From contig CAXXKA010000004.1 of the NCBI GenBank assembly GCA_963668625.2, forward strand, positions 32,001 through 96,000: a stretch of 64,000 nucleotides of DNA. Direction: 5' to 3'. The stretch is from an uncultured candidate division Zixibacteria bacterium (lineage in GTDB: Bacteria > Zixibacteria > MSB-5A5 > UBA10806 > 4484-95). The position numbers were made by a program, and so were the translations under genes. The notes below the pieces were generated by a model. The model searched no databases. It was given only the letters and a program-made list of their open reading frames with translations, and was not told where the DNA came from. Shown here in pieces: positions 21,301 through 30,761 of the stretch; the stretch's first letter is position 1; every line of letters begins with the position of its first letter.

Positions 21301-22055
21301 CATTCATCCAGATTTCCGTAGAGACAGAATTCCCCACTGATGTATATTTACTTGATGTACCAAGCTGTGATAGTATCGGAGCATATGCTATTATAGGTAT
21401 CACTCCCTGTGATCCTGGCACCATAACCGGTACACTGCCCGCAGGAACGTATGTCATATTCGTAGGAGCATCGGTAGGTGAGAACGTACTCTGTGATGGA
21501 ACCGGCCTGTATGGTTATGAGTATTATGTGACCTTGCAGTGCATGGAGCCGTGGCTGTCAGTAGATACTTACGACGGTGAATGTCCGCCGAATGCTACTG
21601 TCAATGTCCTCATGGATGCCACATATCTATCTGAGGGCACCTACTACGGCGATGTCGTATTCTACTCCAGCGATACTGCTACTCCTGAACTGGATATCCC
21701 GGTTGAGTTCGTGGTTGCCGCTGGCACCGGATACGAATATCTGCCTGGCGATGCCAACATGGCTGCCGGCGCCTGGCCGCCGAACGTAATCGGCGCTGAC
21801 GTGACCTACCTGGTCAACTATTTCCGCGCTATCGCTGCGCCGTGTCTGCTCGGTGGTTACTATGCCTCCGGTGACGCTAACGGTGATTGCTCGGTAATCG
21901 GTGCCGACGTTACTTATCTCGTCCAGTATTTCCGCGGCGCTAATACGATCAAGTATTGCGGCGATGATGCCGGCGAGGATGATTTCACACCTGCATGGCT
22001 TAATACTGGGGAACTACCTCCGAGTGCGCCTGCAGGTTGGCCAAACTGCGAATAG
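18384..22055 (+). CDS. Large acidic Cys-rich secreted/surface protein with internal repeats and dockerin-like tail
   Basis: RBS ggagg; signal peptide; duplicated C..GG..E.E.CGD..N.GCN...RDTDW..FT module; PPC-like domains; same tail as 15648..17270. Confidence 0.85.
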   Translation: MKKSTFVAVLCFVIFGTFSVWAGISTSNIADQSVAQLPAQSDLQAKIALYGNDSYQPLRLDTEVTGDDCSDPFVITAFPYQDTQDNTGFADDYNYNSSLSGPDVVYEFTLTECKDVTISLCNSPDNTMDLAVALYGPSDCGGTAIGFDDDACVAPDFGTPELAARLEAGTYHFIIDAYDGFLGTYVVDVTVEDCPAPPAYDECTDVTPSDSVLAIGSSLNYVGDNTGATAEGNCDSLSTESSWIGFSTTELSDVKIEFCGTDPVRQGYYRVLSAYCPCDGNNFYFASDENYTDCADENPTLYFSRLPAGDWWFPVIAGPTLEGPYDITVTASTPGGYCDYTCDGGATPEGEVCGDDDNGGCNSEPPAFGSISCGEHICGELWADGTSRDTDWFAFTPATDTFITWSAAGSMPIALILIDYTVGCDTSETEYLGGGGAAECDTISLTAFVEAGHNIACFISTDDIYSGYPCEDGPFYYEAWLTCEVFEAPENDNCVDAIEIGEVTEYAWTNLGATTDNNGTCGTDLQADVWYRYTPSCTGAATLDLCLPENAGFDTYVGVFTDDCVDHECIVFSDDDCGEGGGPSQASWDVVAGEPVLLCLGGWAGTMGEGLFTVSCSPPATIDVQPTSVSGAAAPGGVDMEALTVSNTGDGTLYWEIITYQDFPTMTSNSNGAPIGERYSIDNDLLSAEKNFSLVEKEASAEKKEVNENNLVKGLRADQTGDFPEPPSITDYCEILTTGDAYYTGGNWFSGSEMYAVYQNPEVCGYSPTYPFTVTSLSWALAKDDTSAATAEYVYYQPVIFGADLTNPSCPVPDTSVLLYAGALDSVFFEPGDYLWIGNNISAVVNGPYFMAVIFPYTHNFIRLPLEQTNTGTCLSYNEYGSGWIDLGENAFNLNLANYWRTDGLTPTVCDVECPAGGIAEAEICGDENNNGCNMDPATFETINCNTTICGTGWATGGFRDTDWYEFTLTAPTFIQISVETEFPTDVYLLDVPSCDSIGAYAIIGITPCDPGTITGTLPAGTYVIFVGASVGENVLCDGTGLYGYEYYVTLQCMEPWLSVDTYDGECPPNATVNVLMDATYLSEGTYYGDVVFYSSDTATPELDIPVEFVVAAGTGYEYLPGDANMAAGAWPPNVIGADVTYLVNYFRAIAAPCLLGGYYASGDANGDCSVIGADVTYLVQYFRGANTIKYCGDDAGEDDFTPAWLNTGELPPSAPAGWPNCE

Positions 22056-22104
22056 TAGTTTGATTTTCAGATACGATTTTATTTGATGAAATCGTAGCAA
22101 TATT

Positions 22105-22132
22105 AAGGGAGCCTTAACCGGCTCCCTTTTTT
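22105..22132 (+). terminator. Rho-independent terminator
   Basis: aagggagcc-ttaacc-ggctccctt plus T-run. Confidence 0.8.
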
Positions 22133-22309
22133 GATATCATCCCATTACCATTGCGGGCCCGCCTCGGGATACGCGATATACTGAACCTGCCTACTTTTTG
22201 AGAATGCTTCGCCTCTAACGTACACACCGGGTAAACCGCTGGTTTTAAGGCCAAATAAAAAGGAGCCGTGAACGACTCCCTTTCTTATCCATAACTATTA
22301 ATAGTATTT

Positions 22310-24496
22310 TTATTTGATTTCTTTAAGTCGCCTGTATGTACCAATTGCAGATCCAAGAATCATCAAAGATATTCCAAACCAAACGAAATTGATTAACGGC
22401 CGACGGGCAACATTGAGAATGAATAACTCCGAAGGTTTGAATTCATCGGCAGTCTCAGCCCTGGTTATTCCGAGCATGATCATCTCGTCATCCGCGTTCA
22501 ATTTAAGCAGATAACAATTCCAGTCCGAGCCGGGCAGCAACGCCGGTTTAAGCTCGGGCACCTGTGATTCGGGCACGATATATTCGGGCTTGATTCGCGA
22601 TTTAGAACCACCCGGCAGTGTGACATTCATAACCGCTCCGATTACCATTTCATTATTCTGCTCATGCGAGGAAGCCTTGAATCCATCGAATGATATCCGG
22701 TACCCCTCGAATTCCTCGACCTGGCCTCTCGATAAGATGAATGTCGTACTGGAATCCCCCGTAGAGATTGTTTTAACCTCCTCCGGTGAAATATAAAGGT
22801 CGTACAGAAGATATTTCTTGATATATGGATTTCTTACCAGTCCCTGATGGCTCCAGACGAAAACAGGATTGGCCATGAAACTCGTATTACCTTTTTCGAT
22901 TTTCAGATTAGCCTGTTCCCTGGTATCCGAGATAGGTGTAACGCCGGTGTAAGTCATCGTGAAATTCAGTATCTCGGCCGGTTTGTCAAGCTCCAGGGTC
23001 GTTTTCACCTCGGTGGGATACCCCGATGAAGCTACCACTCCAATAAACATTATCCCCAAACCGACATGTATCAAATCGGAATGGATAATGAAATATCCCT
23101 TGCTTCTGATACGGTTCACCAGTGACACCAGGTTGGCGGCAAAAGCGAAAGCGGAGGTGAATATGAAAAAAATATGCGCGATATCGGTTATACCCATTAT
23201 AATAGCTATCAGCGTTATCACCATGGCTGCAATTATCGGCAATGGTAGTTTCCGAAACAATTCATGGCGGGAGGAGCTTCCCCAGGAAAGCACACCAGTC
23301 AAACCCAGCACTATGCCAATCAATATTCCGATAGGCAAATTCGTTTTCACGTAATACGATATATCAACCGATGAGGCGTCCCCGAATAACCGAGTAAGAA
23401 TCGGCGAGGACGTGCCCAGCAGGACCAGGAATGCCGAGAGTATGATAAATAGCATACCCAGGTAAACTGAGAATTCGAGTGTGAATATCGATTTTCCGGA
23501 CGTGTTCGATTCGATATGTCGCCCTCTGAAAATAAGCATACCATAGGAGATCACCGAGAAACCAACCAGGAACAGCACCAGGTAACCGGTCATTCCGAGA
23601 TCGACGAACGAGTGCACGGAGAAATCTGCCAGCACCCCGGAACGTGTTAAAAAAGTCCCGTAAATTACCATCAGGAAAGTAGTTATTGCCAGGAACAGAT
23701 TGGTTTTTCTGAACGTGCCTTTATGACGTTCCAGTATCATCCCATGAACCAGCGCGATCGAGCCGAGCCAGGGCACCAGCGAGGCGTTCTCCACCGGATC
23801 CCAACCCCAGTATCCGCCCCAACCGAGCGTCTCGTAAGCCCAGTAACCGCCCAGGAATATCCCCAGGCCGAGCGTGCATACGGAGAAAATCGCCCAGGGA
23901 AACGCTAGCCTCATCCAGCGATCGTATTTGTTTCCGGCCAGCGCCGCCATCGCGAACGCGAATGGCACGAATGTCGAGGCGTACCCCAGAAATACTACAG
24001 GAGGATGTATCTGCATCCAGTAGTTTTGTAAAAGCGGATTAAGACCGTTGCCATCGGGAGGTATAACATGGTTAAGCCTGAACGGTGAGGATATATTCAT
24101 CAAAGCGAATAAAAACAGCACCGACACCAGGTAGAAAAACATAACCCAGCCGAGTTGCTCTTTAGCTTTTACCCGCACCCATAAACCGAGTAGCACGCCG
24201 AACAACGCCCAGAGCAGGAATGATCCCTCCTGCCCGGCCCAGAATGAGGTCACTTTAAAATTAGTCGCCAGGTCGTGCGAGGAGTAACCCGATACGTAGG
24301 CAAACTCGAATCTGTCACCTAAAAACAATGTTAGAAGGTTTACCGAGGCGGCTACAACCAGCCCGACGCCCAGGTAGAAAAACCATCTCGAGGTCACCAT
24401 ATAAGCCTGGTTGCCGCGAGCTACAAAAAAATAACCGATTGCGGAGATGAAAATCGCAATCGTTGCTAAGGCCAGAACATAAGATCCGAAGATCAT
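22310..24496 (-). CDS. ccmF: Cytochrome c biogenesis heme lyase CcmF
   Basis: WAGQEGSFLLW, GLNPLLQN, HPP, WAYETLGWGGYWGWDPVEN, TRSG..SVHSF; start overlaps the ccmE stop (TGATG). Confidence 0.93.
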   Translation of the reverse strand: MIFGSYVLALATIAIFISAIGYFFVARGNQAYMVTSRWFFYLGVGLVVAASVNLLTLFLGDRFEFAYVSGYSSHDLATNFKVTSFWAGQEGSFLLWALFGVLLGLWVRVKAKEQLGWVMFFYLVSVLFLFALMNISSPFRLNHVIPPDGNGLNPLLQNYWMQIHPPVVFLGYASTFVPFAFAMAALAGNKYDRWMRLAFPWAIFSVCTLGLGIFLGGYWAYETLGWGGYWGWDPVENASLVPWLGSIALVHGMILERHKGTFRKTNLFLAITTFLMVIYGTFLTRSGVLADFSVHSFVDLGMTGYLVLFLVGFSVISYGMLIFRGRHIESNTSGKSIFTLEFSVYLGMLFIILSAFLVLLGTSSPILTRLFGDASSVDISYYVKTNLPIGILIGIVLGLTGVLSWGSSSRHELFRKLPLPIIAAMVITLIAIIMGITDIAHIFFIFTSAFAFAANLVSLVNRIRSKGYFIIHSDLIHVGLGIMFIGVVASSGYPTEVKTTLELDKPAEILNFTMTYTGVTPISDTREQANLKIEKGNTSFMANPVFVWSHQGLVRNPYIKKYLLYDLYISPEEVKTISTGDSSTTFILSRGQVEEFEGYRISFDGFKASSHEQNNEMVIGAVMNVTLPGGSKSRIKPEYIVPESQVPELKPALLPGSDWNCYLLKLNADDEMIMLGITRAETADEFKPSELFILNVARRPLINFVWFGISLMILGSAIGTYRRLKEIK

Positions 24497-24906
24497 CAAA
24501 TACTCTCCCCGGTTGCTTCTATGTGCTTCTCGTAATCCTGTCCCTGATATTTGGAGGGACATTTTACCAGAAGATTACTTGCCTCGAAAATGTTATCATG
24601 ATACTTACCGATACAAACGACCGACACGGCCTGCTCGAAATTGCCGGGTTTGGTACCTGCATAATCGACTTTCATGCGGTCGCCCGTTTCGATGTCGATA
24701 ATATCGAATGAAAATACACCGGTGCTCTCGTCGTAGTAAGCGCTATTCTTATCAACCTTACCCATAACCTGAACATTTTTATCCATCGTGCGAGCCTCGT
24801 TGAAACCGACATACGGCGTAGCGGTACCCACCAATGAATAAATTCCCAGGGCTGCGAAAACGACGATCACCGCCACGGCGATAATCGTGCGAGTTGATTT
24901 AGGCAT
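24496..24906 (-). CDS. ccmE: Heme chaperone CcmE (CxxxY variant)
   Basis: N-terminal TM anchor, OB-fold, LVKCPSKY in place of HxxxY. Confidence 0.9.
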   Translation of the reverse strand: MPKSTRTIIAVAVIVVFAALGIYSLVGTATPYVGFNEARTMDKNVQVMGKVDKNSAYYDESTGVFSFDIIDIETGDRMKVDYAGTKPGNFEQAVSVVCIGKYHDNIFEASNLLVKCPSKYQGQDYEKHIEATGESI

Positions 24907-25006
24907 TTTTCTCCAGTTCCTTAACTTTGCGGTCCAACCTGTAGATATATCCCCATAACACAAGCCAGATAACCAGCGTTACTATCATCGGTATATAAGT
25001 AGTCAT
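24899..25006 (-). CDS. ccmD: CcmD-like small membrane protein (35 aa, absent from the ORF track)
   Basis: MTTYIPMIVTLVIWLVLWGYIYRLDRKVKELEKNA; overlaps the ccmC stop and ccmE start. Confidence 0.8.
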   Translation of the reverse strand: MTTYIPMIVTLVIWLVLWGYIYRLDRKVKELEKNA

Positions 25007-25653
25007 CTTGTTTTCTCCTCTTCAATTACCCCCACACGAACCGTGATATGATATGTCCAGAAATACAATCCTATGAAAGCCAGCAGTGACGGCCCGAATA
25101 CCATCCAGGTGGTTGAGGACATCGTAATGACAGTGCCCGCGCCACCGGGTGAACCCGGATGAAGACCGGGTGTGATTCGCGGCCAGATGAAGATCGTGAA
25201 TATAGCCGCCAGGAATCCCAGAATAGAATATACCGAGGCCAGGTTGGCTTTACGTACCCGGTCGGGTATAGCCGAGCGAAGCGAGAAATATGCCAGGTAT
25301 ACCAGAAGAAGAACCACTATTGAGGTCTCTCTCGGATCCCAGTTCCAGAACGATCCCCAGGTCATCTTGGCGAATACCGATCCGCTGAGTGTTGCCAGCG
25401 CGCAGAAAACAGTACCCAACAACGCCGCCGAGGATGATTTCATGTCGTAGATAAGCTTTTTTGTTTTTAGATACAGCAATCCCTGGTACATTGCCACCCC
25501 GTAGGCGATGAATGTCACCAGGGCGATGGGTACGTGGAAATAAAATATGCGGTACACCTCGGGACTGGAGACAGCGCTCATCGGTGGTTCCAATATCCAG
25601 GCGCCGATAATTACCCAGCTAAACAGTAAAAGTATCACAGTTTTATACATCAT
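25003..25653 (-). CDS. ccmC: Heme exporter CcmC
   Basis: RIFYFHVP, WGSFWNWDPRET, LHP motifs. Confidence 0.93.
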   Translation of the reverse strand: MMYKTVILLLFSWVIIGAWILEPPMSAVSSPEVYRIFYFHVPIALVTFIAYGVAMYQGLLYLKTKKLIYDMKSSSAALLGTVFCALATLSGSVFAKMTWGSFWNWDPRETSIVVLLLVYLAYFSLRSAIPDRVRKANLASVYSILGFLAAIFTIFIWPRITPGLHPGSPGGAGTVITMSSTTWMVFGPSLLAFIGLYFWTYHITVRVGVIEEEKTR

Positions 25654-25701
25654 TTTGACTGTAACCCCATATTATGTCTTATAGTTCCAGATATTATCAT
25701 A

Positions 25702-26388
25702 TCATTCGTTCCAGACATATTCGAATAAAAGCGCCCCCGCTACCGTCATCACGATAGCGTACGAACCGAGTACTTTCAACTCGGGCAGACCATCGTAAAA
25801 TGACATGTTCATCACCAGGGCTTTCTCGGTGCCTTTTATCGCCATTATCAATAGCGGCATTAGAAGAGGAAAAGAGAGCACGGCAAACAGCACGCCTTTT
25901 ATAGAGGCTTTCGATATTATGGCGGCGATAATCGTAGTGCTACCGGCAAATCCCAGGACGCTCGTGATCATTATCGTAATGAACAAAGCGTAATCATGAA
26001 TTTGGAGTCCGACGAATAATGCAAACAACAGCACTATAATGATGACCAGGAACACCAACAGTATCAGGTTAAACAGGTACTTGCCTCCGAATACCGCTCC
26101 CGGCGTGCCATAAATTCGCAATGCCAGGGCGGTGCGGTTTTGCTCCTCCTTGATAAATATCTGGCTCAACGAGGCAACCGCCGCGAAATATATAGCCAAC
26201 CAGAGTATGATCGCCTGTATGCTCGAATCAAGCGGAATACCACCGGTGGCGAAACTGATAGCGACTACGGTAACTACGGCAAACATCACTATGGCGTTAA
26301 CGGCGTAACGCGTGCGCAGTTCGCTTTTGATATCCTTGGCCAGTACGGCCAGTATTTTACTTGCCAAGCTCGATTGTTTCATCGGCAT
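25702..26388 (-). CDS. ccmB: Heme exporter permease CcmB
   Basis: KDIKSELRT, six TM helices, LSFPLLMPLL; operon position. Confidence 0.9.
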   Translation of the reverse strand: MPMKQSSLASKILAVLAKDIKSELRTRYAVNAIVMFAVVTVVAISFATGGIPLDSSIQAIILWLAIYFAAVASLSQIFIKEEQNRTALALRIYGTPGAVFGGKYLFNLILLVFLVIIIVLLFALFVGLQIHDYALFITIMITSVLGFAGSTTIIAAIISKASIKGVLFAVLSFPLLMPLLIMAIKGTEKALVMNMSFYDGLPELKVLGSYAIVMTVAGALLFEYVWNE

Positions 26389-26959
26389 ATTTTAGCTCAT
26401 CACTCTCGTTAGTGGCGATAATCGTTATACCATCATGCTTGCCGATTACCTGATCGACTAAAGTTTTTCCCGCCTCATCGAGATTGGCCGAGGGCTCATC
26501 CAGAATGAGAAGCGGAGGTTCTTTCATGATTGCCAATACGTATTTCAAGCGTTGTTTCATACCGGAGGAATACGATCCAACCTGATCATCCCCCCTGCTT
26601 TCGAGATCGAAACGTGACAGCATTCCATCGAAATTACGAATCGATAAGCCGGATAATTTCGCAAAAAATGCAAGATTCTCGTTGGCTGTCAGTTCATCAT
26701 ATAAATACAGATCAGGAGATACCAGACCGATATACGGCAATATTTCAGAGCCGGTATAAGATTTGCCGTCAAGCTCGAACGTTACCGTGCCGGCGGTGGG
26801 AGCCAGCGATGAACTTATAACATTGAGCAGCGTGGTTTTACCCGAGCCGTTGGGGCCGGTAATCACCAGTTTGACGCCTTTTTCGATTTCCAGGCTGATA
26901 TCGTTAAAAACATCCCGACCGGGGAATCGGCGGGAGAGTTTATTTAAAATCAATCGCAT
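26357..26959 (-). CDS. ccmA: Heme ABC exporter ATPase CcmA
   Basis: GPNGSGKTT, YSSGMKQR, LILDEP; first gene of the ccm cluster. Confidence 0.88.
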   Translation of the reverse strand: MRLILNKLSRRFPGRDVFNDISLEIEKGVKLVITGPNGSGKTTLLNVISSSLAPTAGTVTFELDGKSYTGSEILPYIGLVSPDLYLYDELTANENLAFFAKLSGLSIRNFDGMLSRFDLESRGDDQVGSYSSGMKQRLKYVLAIMKEPPLLILDEPSANLDEAGKTLVDQVIGKHDGITIIATNESDELKYADETIELGK

Positions 26960-27185
26960 ATCGGGATTATATTACTATGAAAGGGGCAATTAGGAAAGTT
27001 TTTTATTCAGGGAGATTGAATACATTCAATGGGCGATTATCCAAATTGCTAATAATTGCGAGTATATGAAGCGGTCGAATTTCCGAAAGTAACTATGTTA
27101 TCAAAAGCTTGAGCCTCAGTCATTCGGATTGTATTGTTATTTTGACAAACATTCAACAATCAACACGAACAAACAGGAGGCTCAA

Positions 27186-28244
27186 ATGCCATGTTACAAC
27201 AAAATCGAGCGTGAAGCCAACACTATTTACGTTGGTATTGACGTTCATAAGCGGAGTTGGCATGTAACAATGCGAACAACTGAGCAAGAGTTATGGAAAG
27301 GCAGTATTGCAGCTGATTGGGAAGTATTGAAAAAAGTATTGGGGCGTTATTCCGATTGTGACATTTCGGTAGTTTACGAAGCCGGTTTTAGTGGTTTCTG
27401 GTTATATGACAAACTGGTAGCCTGGGGAGCGTCATGTATAGTGACTCCGCCGAGTTTGATTCCTTCTGAATACGGCAATCGGGTCAAAACTGATCGCCTC
27501 GACAGTGCCAAGCTTGCTTTACTACTTTCCCGTAGTATGCTCAAGGCAGTATGGGTACCTGATGTCGAAGCGCGTGGTCATCGCCAGGTATTGCGTCGCC
27601 GTCGCCAGTTGGTCAGCGACCGGGTCCGTATTCAATGCCGTATCAAGAGTGAGTTAGCCTGTTTCGGTCTATCTCTGCCGACAATTAGCGGCAAGTGGAC
27701 GGAGACATTCGAACAGCATTTATGGCAGTTGCGTTTTAGTGATCGCTGGCAGACAGAGAGTTTTCAGAGGTTACTGACACAGTATCGGCTGGTGAGTGAA
27801 TTGATTACTCAACAGACACGGTTATTGAAAGAATTGTCAAAACTGGATCGTTATCGGGAAGCGGTTGAGCGTCTACGTAGTGTTCCGGGCATCGGCTTGT
27901 TAACGGCGATGGAACTATTATTGGAGTTAGGGGACTTCAGCCGATTTAGTCGAGGAAGCCAATTGGCCGCCTACGTGGGCTTGACTCCAAGCCAATATTC
28001 CTCCGGTGACAAGGTTCGACTAGGACGAATCACCAGGATCGGCAAACCGCAGTTACGGTCGAATCTGATCGAAGCCTCCTGGATTTTGATCAGGAAGGAT
28101 CCGGCCCAGGCTCAGCGTTATCAACAGCTCAAGTGGCGGTGTGGTTCCAAACGAGCCATTGTGGCCAGTGCCCGCCGTCTACTGTTAATCGTACGGCGTC
28201 TGATGCTTGACCATCAGAGCTATCGAATCCAAACCGCAGCATAA
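27186..28244 (+). CDS. IS110-family DEDD recombinase
   Basis: RBS aggagg; GIDVH, VYEAG, KTDRLDS, AYVGLTPSQYSSG. Confidence 0.95.
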   Translation: MPCYNKIEREANTIYVGIDVHKRSWHVTMRTTEQELWKGSIAADWEVLKKVLGRYSDCDISVVYEAGFSGFWLYDKLVAWGASCIVTPPSLIPSEYGNRVKTDRLDSAKLALLLSRSMLKAVWVPDVEARGHRQVLRRRRQLVSDRVRIQCRIKSELACFGLSLPTISGKWTETFEQHLWQLRFSDRWQTESFQRLLTQYRLVSELITQQTRLLKELSKLDRYREAVERLRSVPGIGLLTAMELLLELGDFSRFSRGSQLAAYVGLTPSQYSSGDKVRLGRITRIGKPQLRSNLIEASWILIRKDPAQAQRYQQLKWRCGSKRAIVASARRLLLIVRRLMLDHQSYRIQTAA

Positions 28245-28249
28245 AAAAG

Positions 28250-28500
28250 AGATAATTAGTTTACAATATCTGAGTTTGGAGAATGGCGAAGGAATCCTTG
28301 TGGCTTAACAACAGACCGCGCAGGAAAGGGTGTCATCTCCCCTGGTAATAATCTCGGATTGATTAATTGTGGCTGTGTTTGAGGGCCAGACCACGAATAG
28401 CAGGGTGACTATTATCGGCAATGTCTAACAGTGGCAGCATGTTGTAGTTTAAACATGGGTATTCTGCGTTTTATTAAGAAAAGGAGAAATCGATATAACA
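28250..28500 (+). ncRNA. Putative bridge/seek RNA region of IS110 #2
   Basis: Non-coding right end with target-complementary gaaggaatcctt, target-identical aggaaagg and donor-identical atagcag segments; boundaries approximate. Confidence 0.6.
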
Positions 28501-28691
28501 ATACTAACCGAACAATATCACTTGACATGATACATAGCAGGATTCCTGCCATGAAAACCGGTAAGTTATTACAACCAAATAGACCGATTGCTTCGTCCCT
28601 CCAGTCCTCGCAATGCCAATCTCTTTACTATTTCCGCTGGTCGAACTCTCTGCCTGCGTTATATAGTATGGCATTCTGTGAAACAAGACGA

Positions 28692-28718
28692 CGTTACGAA
28701 GCGGCGCTTCGTAACGAG
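28692..28718 (-). repeat. Single RAYT-family REP
   Basis: cgttacgaagc-ggc-gcttcgtaacgag. Confidence 0.85.
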
Positions 28719-28740
28719 GTGTTAATTATTGCGAGAATCA

Positions 28741-29472
28741 TCACACTATCGGCTGGGCTAGCCTGCTCCACCTCACCCGGGCCGGGAAGTGCCAGATATT
28801 GTACCCAATCCAATCTATGACAGAGAAAAATCCGCCTATTTTCGGCGAATTATTATCAACCGCCCATGACCAGTGAATCATTAGCGCGCGGCCCATTACC
28901 AGGCGTTTGTCGAGTAATCCCCAGAAACGTGAGTCGGCCGAGTTATCGCGGTTATCCCCCATCATGAACATCATGCCCTCCGGGACTTTAAGAGGCGGCA
29001 TATTATCCCTTGAACCGCCGCGCACACCGGCATGATACGGTATCATGCGGTTATCGGCATATTTGCCGTGAGACGGTAATGGAACCAGCTCGCCATCTAC
29101 ATAAACCTTCTTGTTTACTATCTCTACCGTTTGACCGCCAACCGCTATACATCTTTTAATATAGTTTACTCGTTGATTGAGCGGGTATTTGAATATTACG
29201 ATATCACCCGGCTTGGGATCTTGAAGAGCCGGGAGCTTTATGTTGACGAACGGAATCGGCAATTTCATTCCATAGATGAATTTGTTGGCAAGTAAAAAAT
29301 CTCCTACCAGCAAAGTATCCTCCATCGAGCCGGAGGGAATTTTGTACGCCTCGACAATCGAGGTTTTTATGATAAGCGCCATGATAAGCGCGATTGCCAG
29401 CGATTCAATAGTCTCCCATGAGGATTCCATCGGGGTTTTCTTTTCGCCTTTGGGCTTAAAAAATATTGACAT
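28741..29472 (-). CDS. lepB: Signal peptidase I
   Basis: IPSGSME (Ser), YIKRC (Lys), MGDNRDNSADSRFWG. Confidence 0.93.
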   Translation of the reverse strand: MSIFFKPKGEKKTPMESSWETIESLAIALIMALIIKTSIVEAYKIPSGSMEDTLLVGDFLLANKFIYGMKLPIPFVNIKLPALQDPKPGDIVIFKYPLNQRVNYIKRCIAVGGQTVEIVNKKVYVDGELVPLPSHGKYADNRMIPYHAGVRGGSRDNMPPLKVPEGMMFMMGDNRDNSADSRFWGLLDKRLVMGRALMIHWSWAVDNNSPKIGGFFSVIDWIGYNIWHFPARVRWSRLAQPIV

Positions 29473-29611
29473 TCAGGTCGGTCTCCTAATTATCCTAACA
29501 CTCTATAAACGCATAACGGGACTGGATGGTTCATCTGGCCCGCATTAAATGCCAATTTATCATATAGATATAGAAAAAGCAAAGGGCATCTTGATAAAAA
29601 TACATCTTCTT

Positions 29612-29863
29612 CTCGTTACAAAGCGTGCTTCATAACTTTGTTGATTGTGGCAAAGCAACACATATCTATCCGCGCAGACAAAGCACGAAAGCAGCGCTTT
29701 GTAACTTGGAATGATCTGATACGCCCACTGATACCAAATCAAGTTTGGGATGATAACCACTGTGTCATGATGCGCTGAATATAATAATTATATCGGTAAA
29801 TGCCTTTCACTAACAATTTCAAAGAGAAGTATAAAATTTACCGAAAAACACCGGACACTAGTT
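29612..29863 (+). mobile_element. Degenerate REP doublet plus right half of the IS4-type MITE
   Basis: catgatgcgctgaatataataattatatcgg...ttaccgaaaaacaccggacactag matches 32909-33006. Confidence 0.7.
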
Positions 29864-29928
29864 GAATATTATATGCACAAAAAAACGCCCGGCAAAACCG
29901 GGCGCCCTTTATTGGTGAAGATAAAGGT

Positions 29929-30705
29929 TTAACTTGCTATCGTGAAAAATCTCCCCCAGCGTAAATGGGTGAGTAGATACGGCAAATTCTTAAGTGAGTA
30001 CGCCCATATATCAATATTGGTCATATCGCCGTTGGAGGTATTCATCTCCCCGGGATACTCCCATGACCAGAGCACCAGCATGGCCCGCGCATGTACCTGG
30101 TCTCTGCTGGCGAATCCCCAGAAACGCGAGTCAGCGGAGTTATCACGATTATCGCCCATGACGAAAAGTTTGCCTTCAGGGACGGTTGTAAGTGGGAAAT
30201 TATCTCGCAAACCTCCTCGTTTCTGTTCATGCGGCAAGAAAGGTATAATTCCGTTATCCAAATATTTGCCTTCCTCTGGCAATTCCATCAACACGCCATC
30301 GACATACAACTTCTTATTTTTGATCTCAACAGTCTGCCCCTCGGTTGCTATACATCTTTTAATGAAACTGTTTCGTGGATCATGAGGGGGCGTGAATATC
30401 ACAATATCGCCGGTTTTCGGCTCTTCGATAGCAGGTAGATGAATATCAGTAAAAGGAATCGGCAGTTTCATCCCATATACGAATTTATTACCAAGGATTT
30501 GATCGCCGGGCATGAGTGTGTTTTCCATCGAGCCCGATGGTATAACATAGGCCTCAACTACCGAGGCTTTGATTACCAGCGCCAGTATTAACGGAATACC
30601 GATACCGCTGAACCATTCCCAGGCTATCTCTTTCGGCGTTTTCTTGCGTTTGGGCTTTGCTTTATGTTTGGGATCTCTCTGGAATAACCGCATCCATGCC
30701 TCCAC
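29929..30705 (-). CDS. lepB: Signal peptidase I (second paralogue)
   Basis: IPSGSME, FIKRC, MGDNRDNSADSRFWG. Confidence 0.92.
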   Translation of the reverse strand: MEAWMRLFQRDPKHKAKPKRKKTPKEIAWEWFSGIGIPLILALVIKASVVEAYVIPSGSMENTLMPGDQILGNKFVYGMKLPIPFTDIHLPAIEEPKTGDIVIFTPPHDPRNSFIKRCIATEGQTVEIKNKKLYVDGVLMELPEEGKYLDNGIIPFLPHEQKRGGLRDNFPLTTVPEGKLFVMGDNRDNSADSRFWGFASRDQVHARAMLVLWSWEYPGEMNTSNGDMTNIDIWAYSLKNLPYLLTHLRWGRFFTIAS

Positions 30706-30761
30706 TCTAATATTTTCAGACTCATAATCTTTATACTGTTTCCGATAGAAAAAGTTATGGA

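Larger units (their letters stand above)
27088..28540 (+). mobile_element. IS1111-type (IS110 family) insertion sequence #2
   Basis: AG core 27088-27089 and 28539-28540; subterminal IR ctatgttatca / tgatacatag; circle junction would form TTGACA-17-TATGTT; long downstream non-coding end. Confidence 0.85.

Noticed and set aside
19045-22086. Overlapping and antisense ORFs inside long genes (here and in the atp, ccm and helicase genes)
   Set aside because: Shadow frames of codon-biased genes without independent motifs
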